Of a DNA stretch of 46,365 nt, positions 27,956 through 37,811 are shown in pieces. Location of the stretch: positions 1 through 46,365 of the forward strand of contig JAXINV010000013.1 of assembly GCA_034190465.1 (NCBI GenBank), written 5' to 3'. The notes beneath the pieces are model-generated. The model worked only from the letters and a program-made list of their open reading frames with translations. It did not search any database and was not told the DNA's origin. The translations under genes were made by a program, and so were the position numbers. Within the stretch, counting starts at the first letter, position 1. The number at the start of each line of letters is the position of its first letter. This stretch comes from Candidatus Asbonarchaeum danakilense. Lineage in GTDB: Archaea; Nanohalarchaeota; Nanosalinia; Nanosalinales; Nanoanaerosalinaceae.

Positions 27956-28064
27956 TAAACGCGGCTCTCAGGGCCTATAACGGCTCTTTCCAGGCAGAAA
28001 CAGCATGCAAACCTGTCGCCGTGTTTTATAGGTAGCAGGTGACACCTCCACAGAGGAAAAACGT

Positions 28065-28628
28065 ATGATCGACAAGACAGACTTTTCGGTCCTCAAGACC
28101 ATCCAAACCTCCGACACACCCCTCTGGAAAAAAGAGATCCACCGGCAGATCCTCGACGGGATCGACAGCCTTCCATACCTGGACTCCGTCTCCATCCAGA
28201 CCATCGGACGACGGGTCGAACAGCTCTACGACGACAGGTACCTCAAAGCCAAGCTCACCCAGACCGATGAAGTCAACCGGACACTCATCACCACCTACCA
28301 CCTCACCGAACAGGGGCAGCAGGCGATCGAGGACTACCGCGAAAAACTGCTCAGAGACTGGGTGGTCACCAACCTCACCAGCCACCTGAACGGCAGCAGC
28401 GGCCCGGATGCCTGCCTCACCGCCATCACCGAGGTCTTCTGCTCACATTTCGGGATCAGAGACGACCAGATCGAACCGGTCAGCGAACAGCAGCTCCTCG
28501 CCGCCCTGACCGACTACTTCCTCGACCAGGAACTCCCGGCAGCCGACAGCGACCAGCTCCAGCACCTGCTCGACACACTGGACGCCTCCCCGCAGTCAGG
28601 CCAGGTCGCCACCAGCAGCAACACTTAA
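28065..28628 (+). CDS. Putative winged-helix DNA-binding protein
   Basis: D..ILK.I...WKKEIH...SIQTIGRRVEQL....YL......TYHLTEQG pattern of wHTH proteins. Confidence 0.65.
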   Translation: MIDKTDFSVLKTIQTSDTPLWKKEIHRQILDGIDSLPYLDSVSIQTIGRRVEQLYDDRYLKAKLTQTDEVNRTLITTYHLTEQGQQAIEDYREKLLRDWVVTNLTSHLNGSSGPDACLTAITEVFCSHFGIRDDQIEPVSEQQLLAALTDYFLDQELPAADSDQLQHLLDTLDASPQSGQVATSSNT

Positions 28629-28665
28629 GACCTTCAGGGGCCAACCCGGCATCGGTGGCCGATTC

Positions 28666-29865
28666 TTGGAGCGGAACATCCAGATCACAGAACAGCGCGC
28701 ACCGACAGTCACGGAACAGCAGATCGAACTCGTCGAACGGAAGGGCCAGGGCCATCCAGACTCCCTGGCCGACGGCATCTCCGAAGCGATATCACAGGCA
28801 CTCTGCCAGGAATACCGTGACCGGTTCGGCACCATCGCCCACCACAACACCGACGAAGTCCAGATCATCGGCGGTGAGAGCGACCCCGCCTACGGCGGCG
28901 GCACCGTCACCGAGCCCATCTACATCCTGCTCGGCGGCCGCGCCACACAGGAATACCAGGGCGAGAGCATCAACGTCCACGGCATCGCCAAAACCGCCGC
29001 CAGGAAACACCTCGACCGGAGCGTCCGCAACCTCGACGTCGACGACCACGTCATCATCGACTCCCGGATCGGCGAGGGTTCAGCCGACCTCACCGACCTG
29101 TACGCACGGGACGGCGAGGTCCCCGTCGCCAACGACACCAGCTACGGCGTCGGCCACGCACCGCTCTCCCCCACCGAGGAACTCGTCCTCAGCCTGGAAC
29201 GGCACCTGAACAGCGACGACTTCGCCCGGACCATGCCCGCCGTCGGCGAGGACATCAAAGTCATGGCACTGCGCGAGGACGACAGGACCCGGATCACCCT
29301 CGCCGCCGCGTTCGTCGACAGCGAGATCGACGGCATCAACGGCTACCAGAGCATGCGGCAGGAACTCCGCGACCACGTCCTCGACCACGCCAGAAAGCAC
29401 GTCGACGGCGAGCTCGTCCTCGACATCAACACCGCCGACGACTACGACCGTGACTCCGTCTACCTCACCGTCACCGGCACCTCGGCGGAGAACGGTGACG
29501 ACGGCTCCACCGGCAGAGGTAACCGCGCCTCAGGCCTCATCACCCCGAAGCGTCCCATGTCGCTGGAGGCGTCAAGCGGCAAGAACCCCGTCGCGCACGT
29601 CGGCAAGATCTACAATATCATGAGCTTCCACATCGCCGAGAAGATCGCAGAAGAACACAACGGACTGGACGATGTCATCGTCAAGCTGCTCAGCCAGATC
29701 GGCGAGCCCATCGACCAGCCGCAGATTGCCGACATCCAGGTCGCCATGGACGGCCAACTGGACAGCAGCACAGAGCGATCCATCCAGCAGACCGCAGATC
29801 ACTGGCTCCAGAACATCGACCAAGTCATGGACCAGGTCATCGAGGGCGAAAGAAGGACCTTCTGA
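28666..29865 (+). CDS. mat: Archaeal-type S-adenosylmethionine synthetase (TTG start)
   Basis: ELVERKGQGHPDSLADG, HHNTD, ANDTS, GEDIKVM, YLTVTGTSAE-GDDG..GRGNR..GLITP-RPMSLEA..GKNPV-HVGKIYN. Confidence 0.96.
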   Translation: MERNIQITEQRAPTVTEQQIELVERKGQGHPDSLADGISEAISQALCQEYRDRFGTIAHHNTDEVQIIGGESDPAYGGGTVTEPIYILLGGRATQEYQGESINVHGIAKTAARKHLDRSVRNLDVDDHVIIDSRIGEGSADLTDLYARDGEVPVANDTSYGVGHAPLSPTEELVLSLERHLNSDDFARTMPAVGEDIKVMALREDDRTRITLAAAFVDSEIDGINGYQSMRQELRDHVLDHARKHVDGELVLDINTADDYDRDSVYLTVTGTSAENGDDGSTGRGNRASGLITPKRPMSLEASSGKNPVAHVGKIYNIMSFHIAEKIAEEHNGLDDVIVKLLSQIGEPIDQPQIADIQVAMDGQLDSSTERSIQQTADHWLQNIDQVMDQVIEGERRTF

Positions 29866-30297
29866 TCAGCGGGACAGATCCGGCTCCTCATCGGGCTGGT
29901 CCTCCTCGTCCAGCTCCTTGAGACTGAGACTCTTGTCCTCCCCTTGCGTGAAGACCGAAGCCAGGTGGAGGAAGTACTTGCTGTCCTTCACCTCAACGAT
30001 CAACGGCTCGCGTTCAAGCAACTTCTTCAGATCGATCTCGTACACCCCTTCCTCCAGCACACGGATCGACTGGAGATCGAACCTGATCTTTGAATCATGC
30101 GGATCTTTCTCATCATCCTTCACATCTTGCAGGAACTCATCGATCTCCTGCATCACCTCGTCTTCCTCTACCTCTGGCTCATCATCCTCCTGCTCCTTCT
30201 GGTAGAGGAAAAGACTCGAGCCACAGCTACAGCCGTCGACAAGTTCTTCAGCATCGTCCCCGTACTCCTTCCCACAGTTCATACACCTATGTGGCAT
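29866..30297 (-). CDS. oapC: OapC / DUF2072 Zn-ribbon protein
   Basis: MPHRCMNCG...GCSCG..LFLY and SIRVLEEGVYEIDL..L; third gene of the operon. Confidence 0.88.
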   Translation of the reverse strand: MPHRCMNCGKEYGDDAEELVDGCSCGSSLFLYQKEQEDDEPEVEEDEVMQEIDEFLQDVKDDEKDPHDSKIRFDLQSIRVLEEGVYEIDLKKLLEREPLIVEVKDSKYFLHLASVFTQGEDKSLSLKELDEEDQPDEEPDLSR

Positions 30298-30299
30298 GC

Positions 30300-30683
30300 C
30301 TAGTCACCTTCCTCCGCCGCCTTAGCCAGCAGCGACACCGATTCGCGGCTCTCCTTGATCTTCTCCATGACCTCCGAATTGCCGACGATCGTCAGCCCCT
30401 TGCGGCGTTCCTTCCCCAACAGGTTGAACACGTTGTTCAAGACGCGATCGTAGAAATCCCCGTGACCTTCCAGTCCCGAGAACTCGATGCCCGGGAAGTC
30501 ATCACTCACCGCTTCCATCGACGACTCCATCAGACGGCGCTTCTCATCCGGGCTGAGCGCCTCCTCAAGCACCAGGATCTTGCCGTCCCGGACCTCGTCC
30601 AGGATCATCTCCAGCTTATCCGCAAAATCCTGGTCCTCCAGTTTCTGGCGACTGATAAACTCGATCGGTATCCCGTCAGACAT
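30300..30683 (-). CDS. oapB: OapB / DUF2073 protein
   Basis: EFIS...EKL.MILD.VRDG.I.VLEE-L-PDE...L....M....DDFPGIE...LTIVG. Confidence 0.88.
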   Translation of the reverse strand: MSDGIPIEFISRQKLEDQDFADKLEMILDEVRDGKILVLEEALSPDEKRRLMESSMEAVSDDFPGIEFSGLEGHGDFYDRVLNNVFNLLGKERRKGLTIVGNSEVMEKIKESRESVSLLAKAAEEGD

Positions 30684-30684
30684 C

Positions 30685-31305
30685 TTAGCTCAGATGGTTG
30701 ATGATTTCACTGTACAGTTTATCGATGTTCGTCCCCTCCTTCGCAGAGACCTCGACCACCGGGTGCTGCGGGAATGCGTCCCTGACCGCTTCCGGATCCG
30801 CGTCCTCCAGGTCCACCTTGTTCGCCACGATCAGGATCGGTATCTTCTTCGCCTCCAGGTTGCCGATCACCGTCACATTGACCTGAGTGTAGGGGTCCTC
30901 GGTCGCATCGAACACCACCAGGCAGGCATCCACATCATCCAGCCACTTGATGGCCTCAACGATGCCCTTCGTCGCCTCCTTGGCGCGCGACTTCGCGGAG
31001 TCCTCCTCAAGCCCGTACTTCTTGAACTCCTTGAAATCGACCTTCGTCGAGATACCCGGCATGTCCAGCAGGTTCATATTGATCGTCTTCCCGTCGGCCT
31101 CCAGCGTGGCCTTCTCCTTCTTCTTGACCTCGCGGGTCTCGTGCGGGACCTCAGAGACATCACTCAGTTCCTCACCGATGAGATCCATCGAGATCTTGTT
31201 GGCCAGCGTCGACTTGCCGGCGTTCGGAGGCCCATAGATACCGAGCGAAATCTCACGGCGCGAACCGAAGAGCCCGCCCAGCAGATCCTTCAGCTTCCCA
31301 ATCAT
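30685..31305 (-). CDS. oapA: OapA Era-like small GTPase
   Basis: GIYGPPNAGKSTLAN, PHETRE, DMPG, RAKEATKG..EAIKWL, DP-TQVN, ANKVD, SAKEG. Confidence 0.9.
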   Translation of the reverse strand: MIGKLKDLLGGLFGSRREISLGIYGPPNAGKSTLANKISMDLIGEELSDVSEVPHETREVKKKEKATLEADGKTINMNLLDMPGISTKVDFKEFKKYGLEEDSAKSRAKEATKGIVEAIKWLDDVDACLVVFDATEDPYTQVNVTVIGNLEAKKIPILIVANKVDLEDADPEAVRDAFPQHPVVEVSAKEGTNIDKLYSEIINHLS

Positions 31306-31819
31306 AGTACGTCACACAGACACACCATGGGAAGCCATCCAATATAAAATAACCGCAGAATCGGGGCAATCCACCGTGCAGACCGCCACCTGTCGTCAGC
31401 CACCACCGCCAGCCCCATGTTGTTTCTCTAAGATAACAACAAGTATTTGGTCAGAGGCTTAAAAAGTTTACACGCGTAAGTCTGCGATCGTCCCAACTTA
31501 TTTATGTGTTAACCCTCGACTAACTATCATTAAGAAAACAGTGACAACCGGCGAGTGATATACGGGACATAGGACTCCCGCATAGTGAGAACCGGTACGC
31601 TTATATAATGATCGAGACCGCGGACACGGCATTAACAAACGTTCAGAGGAAGTTTTAAAAGCATCCAACATATTAAGGTAAGAAGGTATCAAGGTTAACA
31701 GGTCCAAAGGACCTGTTCGATCGGGGGATGTTCATGATGACAGCACACATCACACCAGGCAAGACGGAACAACCTGACGTCGAAAACGCCAGTTCTACCG
31801 CTACCCAGAGAGTGATACG
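31306..31819. promoter_or_regulatory. AT-rich divergent intergenic region (oapABC and prkA promoters; possible origin region)
   Basis: 514 bp, markedly AT-rich; several TATA-like runs; inverted repeats at 31418-31441 and 31697-31717. Confidence 0.55.
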
Positions 31820-33982
31820 ATGACCCAGACCATGGAAGAGCTCTTAGACGGAGCACCAGACAGGCCAGAGAAGAACGAAACGCTAGATTTCAACGAATAC
31901 CTGAACGAGGTCTACGACGACCCGAAGGTCGAGCGCAACGCCTACCAGCGGCTGGTAGACAGCCTCGAATACTGGGGCGTTGAGGAAGACCCCGAGCACG
32001 GTCGGAACCTCTACAATCTCTTCACAGAAGACCCTATCAACGACGGGCAGGACGTCTTCTACGGAGAGAACATCCACGGACGTGGCGGGGAAGACGGCGA
32101 AGGCATCGACAAGCTCGCCGACCGGCTGTACAACGCAGCAGAGAAGAAAGGGTCCCACAAGCGACTGCTCGTCATGCTCGGCCCTGTCGGTGCAGGAAAG
32201 ACCGACGTCTCCAAGAAACTGGTCGAAGGCTTCGAAGAATACACCCAGACCGAAGAAGGCAGGATGTACACCTGGGAGTGGCAGAACCTCGCAGATCGCG
32301 TCCCCGGTCAGCACCCCGACGACGACAACATCGACGCCCCTATGCAGCAGAGCCCACTGCTCCTGCTGCCCGACGAGAAGCGGGAGGATGTCGTCGAGGA
32401 ACTCAACGAGCGGCTGGACGCCAGCTACACACTCGACCTCGACCAGAACCTCACACCCGAATCAGAATTCTACAGGGACAAGCTCGTCGAACACTACATC
32501 GAAGAAGCTGACGGCGAGATGAACGAGTACGAGGCACTGCAGGAGGTCCTCGACAACCACATCGAGGTCAAACCTCTCGTCGCCGACGAGAACAAGGGAC
32601 AGGCAGTCGCCACTTTCGAACCGAAGAAACCGAAAAACCAGGACGAGAAAGACCTCACAGGAGGAACAGACCTCTCCAGGGTCGGCAACTACGGAGAAGG
32701 CGACCCGCGTGCCTTCGAATACTCCGGCGCGCTCAACAAGGCCAACCGTGGTATCTTCTCCGGTGAGGAGCTGCTCAAGCTCGACACCGAGTTCCTCTAC
32801 AACTTCCTCGAAGCCACAGAGGACTCTACAATCAAGCCAAAGGGCCAGCCCCTCATCGACATGGACGTCGCCCTGCTCGGCCGTACCAACATGGCCGAAT
32901 TCAAGGAAAAGCAGGACACCGAAAAGATGGAAGCGTTCAGCTCCAGGATGAACCGCATCGACTTCCCGTACATCATCGAGTACGGCGATGAATCCAAGAT
33001 CTACGAGAAGTTCGTCCGGAATTCGGACGGCGACATCGCCCTCGAGGACGAGGAGTTCGACCCCGAGGAACACGACGTCAATCTGGAGCCGCACACGCTC
33101 GAGATGGCATCCATGTTCTCCGTTGCCACCCGCATCGAAGATCCGAAGCATGGTGACGAGGTCGAAGACCTGATAGAAAAGGTTCAGGCCTACAACGGCG
33201 ACCTCGACGATGTTGACGTCAAGAAACTGCGGGAAAACGGTAAAGAACAGTCCGAGCACGGCGAAGGCATGAAGGGTATCACCACCCGGTACATCGAGGA
33301 CCAGGTCTTCGCCGCCATGCGTGACAGCGAAAAGCGGGGCGAACAGCATGTCAGCCCGCTCAAGGTGCTCAGCTACCTCGAGAACAACCTTGAGGAGAAC
33401 GCCAGCATCCTCGACTCCGAGCACGACGAACTGAAGGGCCTCGTCGGCAACATCCGTGAAGAGGTCTACAAGGAACGGGCCGTCGAAGACGTCAGACACG
33501 CCATGGCCTACGACGAGAACGAGCTCGAGCAGATGGCTGAGAAGTACCTCAAGCACGCCAACGCCTACGTGCGTGGCAAGGACGAGGTCGAAGGCGGCAG
33601 CAGCTCGCTCACCGACCGGCAGGACGTCGACACCGACTTCCTTGAAGAGGTCGAAGAACAGCTCGACTTCAGGTCGGACAACGCAGAGGACTTCCGCAAC
33701 GAGATTGACAGCTGGATCTCCGGTCGGACACTGGAAGGCGAGGACTTCACCCCGCTCGACAACAACCGGCTCCGTGAAGCGGTGCAGAAGAAACTGTGGG
33801 AGGACAAGAAGGACCACGTCAACTTCCCCGCACTCGTCAACGAGAGCGAATCCCTTGAGGACGACACACGGAACGCAACGCTCTCCTCGCTCCAGGACCT
33901 TGGCTACTCCGAAGACGGAGCGGAAGAGGTCCTCGAGTACGTGGGATCAGAGGTTGCACGGTCCGAGCTGGAGGAGCTCTAA
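31820..33982 (+). CDS. prkA1: PrkA family AAA+ ATPase / serine protein kinase (PrkA1)
   Basis: RNAYQRL, LGPVGAGKT, FEPK.PKNQDE.DLTG, DPRAF-YSG-L-KANRG...EELLKL, PHTLEMA, GEGM-G. Confidence 0.93.
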   Translation: MTQTMEELLDGAPDRPEKNETLDFNEYLNEVYDDPKVERNAYQRLVDSLEYWGVEEDPEHGRNLYNLFTEDPINDGQDVFYGENIHGRGGEDGEGIDKLADRLYNAAEKKGSHKRLLVMLGPVGAGKTDVSKKLVEGFEEYTQTEEGRMYTWEWQNLADRVPGQHPDDDNIDAPMQQSPLLLLPDEKREDVVEELNERLDASYTLDLDQNLTPESEFYRDKLVEHYIEEADGEMNEYEALQEVLDNHIEVKPLVADENKGQAVATFEPKKPKNQDEKDLTGGTDLSRVGNYGEGDPRAFEYSGALNKANRGIFSGEELLKLDTEFLYNFLEATEDSTIKPKGQPLIDMDVALLGRTNMAEFKEKQDTEKMEAFSSRMNRIDFPYIIEYGDESKIYEKFVRNSDGDIALEDEEFDPEEHDVNLEPHTLEMASMFSVATRIEDPKHGDEVEDLIEKVQAYNGDLDDVDVKKLRENGKEQSEHGEGMKGITTRYIEDQVFAAMRDSEKRGEQHVSPLKVLSYLENNLEENASILDSEHDELKGLVGNIREEVYKERAVEDVRHAMAYDENELEQMAEKYLKHANAYVRGKDEVEGGSSSLTDRQDVDTDFLEEVEEQLDFRSDNAEDFRNEIDSWISGRTLEGEDFTPLDNNRLREAVQKKLWEDKKDHVNFPALVNESESLEDDTRNATLSSLQDLGYSEDGAEEVLEYVGSEVARSELEEL

Positions 33983-34041
33983 CTCCTCCCGCTTTTCCCT
34001 TTCCTCTTTTCCACGGTCCAGCACAAGGGGGATGATCAGCA

Positions 34042-36441
34042 ATGCAAGAACCTGAAGCATACGAGGCAGCAGAGAACGAAGCACTCGCAGAGTACAAAGA
34101 ACCGCACAAAGCGATCGGTGAGTACCTCGAAGAGATCGACGAACACCCCTCCAACGCCTCCCAGGCCGCCAAGTACATCCTCGAGGCCATCGAGTACGAG
34201 GGTACACGGACCGTCATCGAGGAAGGAGAAGAGAAGGAACGGTACAAATTCTTCGACGACCCAAACAACGACGGCGAGCACGCCATCCTCGGCAACACAG
34301 AGACACTCAACGACTTCGTCGACGATCTCCGTAACATCGCAGCCGGCCGTGGCAAAGACGAGAAGATCGTCTGGATCGATGGTCCCACCGCCACCGGCAA
34401 ATCCGAGATGAAACGCTGCCTCATCAACGGTCTCAACGAATACTCCAAGACCGACGAGGGCAGCAGATACACCCTCGAATGGAACCTGACAGGGCTCGGT
34501 CAGAGCGACAGCCGTGGTATCGCCTATGGCGACGAAGGAGGAAACATCGACGAAACCGCCTGGTACGAAAGCCCGATCCAGGACGAGCCGTTGAAACTTT
34601 TCAGCGAGGACGGCGGCCGGCAGGCCATCCTGGACGATCTCAACGAACAGACAGATGACAACATCGATATCATGATCGAGGGAGACATGGACCCCTTCAG
34701 CCGGCAGGCGTACGATATCCTCGAGGATCACTACCTCGATCAGCTCGACGAGGACGAGGTCAGTGAGGAACTGTTCTCCCTCATAAGCCACGACAACAAC
34801 GTCCGTGTCAAGCGATACCTCATGGACAAAGGCCAGGGTATCGGCGTGCTCCACGCCGAGGACGACGGACGTCCGCAGCAGAAACTGGTCGGCGACTGGA
34901 TGCGCGGCATGTTCCAAGAACTTGATTCACAGGGAGCAAAGGATCCACGGGCACACAGCTACGACGGCGTCGTCAGTCAGGGCCACCGTGGCGCCACTAT
35001 CATAGAGGACGCGATCCAGCACGCCGACACCGTCAAGAAACTGCTCAACGTCCCCGAAGAAGGATCCGTCAAGTTGGACAAGGCCATCGAGATGAACGTC
35101 GACACCTTGTTCATGATGATCTCCAACCCTGATCTGGCCGCCAACGTCCTGGAGAAGAACCAGCAGGCCGGCGAGAAAGACCCGATGCGGGCGCTCAGGC
35201 GGCGGATGGAGAAACACGAGTTCAAATACCTCACCAACTACAGCCTGGAGAACGACCTCATCCGGCGCGAACTCACCAACGAAACAGGCGTTTGGGAGCG
35301 GAGTGACGACTACGGCGAACTCGAGGACCACATCGAATCCGCACTCCGGCTCAACGTCCGGGACCAGGAGATGGAAGAGCACACCAAAGAATACGCCCCT
35401 CATGCCATCGAAGCAGCCTCCCTGTACAACGTCATCTCCCGGCTTGACGACACACTCGAACTCAGCGACGACGCCGAGGTGGACGAGAGCGAACTCGACC
35501 ACAAGAACTTCGACCTCATCGATAAAGCCCTCCTGTACGACAAAGGAGAGCTCGAGCGGAACGGGGTACGGATCCCCATGGATGACTTCGAGATCGATGA
35601 AGATGCAGAAGAAGGAGAATCCGGGATCCCTGTAACATACACCCGTGACCAGCTTGCAGAGCTGTTGCAACGGGAGAACGAATATTCGCACGAGGAACTC
35701 GATGTCGAGAACGTCATCATGCCTCAACACGTCATCGAAGAGATGAACGAAAGCCTCAAAGACGCTCCTCTCTTCAGCGATGAATCGCAACAAGGTCCCA
35801 GCGAGGTCGAACAGTACGAGGGACTTGCCGATGACGTCGAAGGGTACATCGAATGGAAACAGGAACAGGACGTCATCCAGGCCATCATGGCAGACAAGGA
35901 AACAGACGAGGACACCATCGAGAAATACGTCCGGAACGTCCAGGCAGACCTCGCCGACAGGGACACCGTCGAGATCGACGGCCGGGAGCTCAGCGTCGAC
36001 CACGCTTTCCTCAAGAGCTTCGAGACCAAAACACTCGGCATGTTCGACACCGACGACTACAAGCGCGACAACCAGCCGAGCGACGACGTCGAAGAATTCC
36101 GGAAACAGAAGATCGACAGCTGGATCTCCAACCAGGCCCTGCAACAGGGCGGCAGCGAATACAGCGTCGACCTGGACGAACTCGACCTCCGGGAAATCCC
36201 CGTCATCGACAGCCTGCTCGGCTCCTTCACCTGGGACGATGTCACCAGGTTCTACGAGAACCTGGATCCCGGGGACTGGAACGAGCCCAAGCTCGACACC
36301 GAGACCGAGGAGGTCAAAGAACGGGCGATCGACGAAATGGTCGACATGGGATACAGCGAGGCCTCAGCCGAGGTCACCTCCCGCATGGTCATGGACAGGG
36401 TCAGTGACGAACACAGCAGTCTTTTCGAGGGTGAAGCATAA
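34042..36441 (+). CDS. prkA2: PrkA family AAA+ protein (PrkA2, haloarchaeal kinase-anchor type)
   Basis: FFDDP-NDGEHAILGNT, GPTATGKSEMKRCL-NGL, SYDGV-SQG, LLNVP-E, ISNPDL, APHA-EAA. Confidence 0.9.
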   Translation: MQEPEAYEAAENEALAEYKEPHKAIGEYLEEIDEHPSNASQAAKYILEAIEYEGTRTVIEEGEEKERYKFFDDPNNDGEHAILGNTETLNDFVDDLRNIAAGRGKDEKIVWIDGPTATGKSEMKRCLINGLNEYSKTDEGSRYTLEWNLTGLGQSDSRGIAYGDEGGNIDETAWYESPIQDEPLKLFSEDGGRQAILDDLNEQTDDNIDIMIEGDMDPFSRQAYDILEDHYLDQLDEDEVSEELFSLISHDNNVRVKRYLMDKGQGIGVLHAEDDGRPQQKLVGDWMRGMFQELDSQGAKDPRAHSYDGVVSQGHRGATIIEDAIQHADTVKKLLNVPEEGSVKLDKAIEMNVDTLFMMISNPDLAANVLEKNQQAGEKDPMRALRRRMEKHEFKYLTNYSLENDLIRRELTNETGVWERSDDYGELEDHIESALRLNVRDQEMEEHTKEYAPHAIEAASLYNVISRLDDTLELSDDAEVDESELDHKNFDLIDKALLYDKGELERNGVRIPMDDFEIDEDAEEGESGIPVTYTRDQLAELLQRENEYSHEELDVENVIMPQHVIEEMNESLKDAPLFSDESQQGPSEVEQYEGLADDVEGYIEWKQEQDVIQAIMADKETDEDTIEKYVRNVQADLADRDTVEIDGRELSVDHAFLKSFETKTLGMFDTDDYKRDNQPSDDVEEFRKQKIDSWISNQALQQGGSEYSVDLDELDLREIPVIDSLLGSFTWDDVTRFYENLDPGDWNEPKLDTETEEVKERAIDEMVDMGYSEASAEVTSRMVMDRVSDEHSSLFEGEA

Positions 36442-37811
36442 TGAGGAGTGACAGAATCCGACGCGATCGGGACAGATTCATGGAAATCGGTGAAGAAGAA
36501 CGTGAGGACCTGGCAGACTGGATCCAGTACGGGGACATGAGCGACATGATTCCTGAGGACGACTACGCCAGCGTCCCCATCAAGGTCGCCGAGCTGCCCG
36601 AGTTCGCCTACGACCAGTCAGACGAGCCCCGCGTCGGCAAAGGCGGGGGAGAAGGTGAAGGCGGCCAGCCAGAGCCAGGGGACATCGATCCAAACGCCCA
36701 GCCAGAGGACGGCGAGGGCGACGGGGACGGCGACGAACCTGGCGAGCCCGGCGAAGAAGAGGGCGAGCACGAGCAATATGAGATGGACCCCGAAGAGTTC
36801 GCCGACGAGCTCGACGACGAACTCGACCTGGACCTTGATCCGAAAGGAAAGAAGGTCGAAGAAGAGATCGAAGGCGGCTGGAACCGGATCGAGCAGAAAG
36901 GCACAGACGCCAACATCGACTGGAAGCGGAGCCTGATGGAACAGAAGAAACGCAGCCTCGCCATCGACTACGACGAGAACTTCGCCAGAGAAGCCCTCAA
37001 GGTCGAGGACGTCGGCCCCGAGGACGTGTTCGAGTACATGACCACCCGGTTCCAGGACAACGTTTCCCAGCGAGAGCTCGAGGTCATGCTTGAACAGGAG
37101 CTGGAGGACGAAGACCTCGACGTCTACGACGACTTCGACGAACTTGAGGACGAAGTCGAGCACCGTACCCCCAACCAGCTGCCGCAGACAGAGACCACCA
37201 GCATGCGGGACGACGACAAGCGGTTCCGGAAGCCGGAGATGATCAAAGAAGAGCAGAAGAACGTCGTCGTCACCAACATCAGGGACGTCTCCGGGTCGAT
37301 GCGGGAGGAAAAGCGTGACCTCGTGGAACGCGTCTTCACCACGCTCGACTACTACCTCAAAGGCAAGTACGACAACGCAGAGTTCGTCTACATCGCCCAC
37401 GACTACGAAGCCGAAGAGGTCGAAGCAGTCGAGTTCTTCGGTATGAGCAGCGGCGGCGGCACACGGATCTCCGCCGGCTACGAGGAAGCGAAAAAGATAC
37501 TGGAGGAACGGTACGACTGGGATGAATGGAACAGGTACGTCTTCGCGGCGGGCGACGGAGAAAACACACGCGACGACTTCGAGAACGTCGTCGAACTGAT
37601 GAACGACATGCCCGCCAACCTCCACGCCTACCTCCAGACCCAGCCGAGCGGCGGGGGCTACACGCCACAGGGCGGCTACCACGCCGAGAAGCTGGAGGAT
37701 GCCAAGGAAAACGGTGAACTCGAATACGACACCGCGATCGCACGCGTTGACAGCCAGGACGAAGTGCTGGACGGTGTCGAGACCATCCTCAGTGAAGAGG
37801 ATCAGGGGTGA
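36441..37811 (+). CDS. YeaH/YhbH (DUF444/UPF0229) vWA-domain protein
   Basis: Gly/acidic linker, MIDAS RDVSGSM, F-YIAHD, SGGGTRIS, WNRYVFAAGDGEN. Confidence 0.92.
   Translation: MRSDRIRRDRDRFMEIGEEEREDLADWIQYGDMSDMIPEDDYASVPIKVAELPEFAYDQSDEPRVGKGGGEGEGGQPEPGDIDPNAQPEDGEGDGDGDEPGEPGEEEGEHEQYEMDPEEFADELDDELDLDLDPKGKKVEEEIEGGWNRIEQKGTDANIDWKRSLMEQKKRSLAIDYDENFAREALKVEDVGPEDVFEYMTTRFQDNVSQRELEVMLEQELEDEDLDVYDDFDELEDEVEHRTPNQLPQTETTSMRDDDKRFRKPEMIKEEQKNVVVTNIRDVSGSMREEKRDLVERVFTTLDYYLKGKYDNAEFVYIAHDYEAEEVEAVEFFGMSSGGGTRISAGYEEAKKILEERYDWDEWNRYVFAAGDGENTRDDFENVVELMNDMPANLHAYLQTQPSGGGYTPQGGYHAEKLEDAKENGELEYDTAIARVDSQDEVLDGVETILSEEDQG

Noticed and set aside
27794..28010. SRP RNA (UGUAA loop; CAGG...AGCA near 27991-28005) or RNase P RNA
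   Set aside because: Helix-8 spacing and pairing do not fit, RNase P CR-I/CR-V are not matched, and the fold favours the opposite strand.
27780..28064. SAM riboswitch controlling mat
   Set aside because: No SAM-I/II/III consensus visible, the structure is on the opposite strand, and another gene lies between it and mat.
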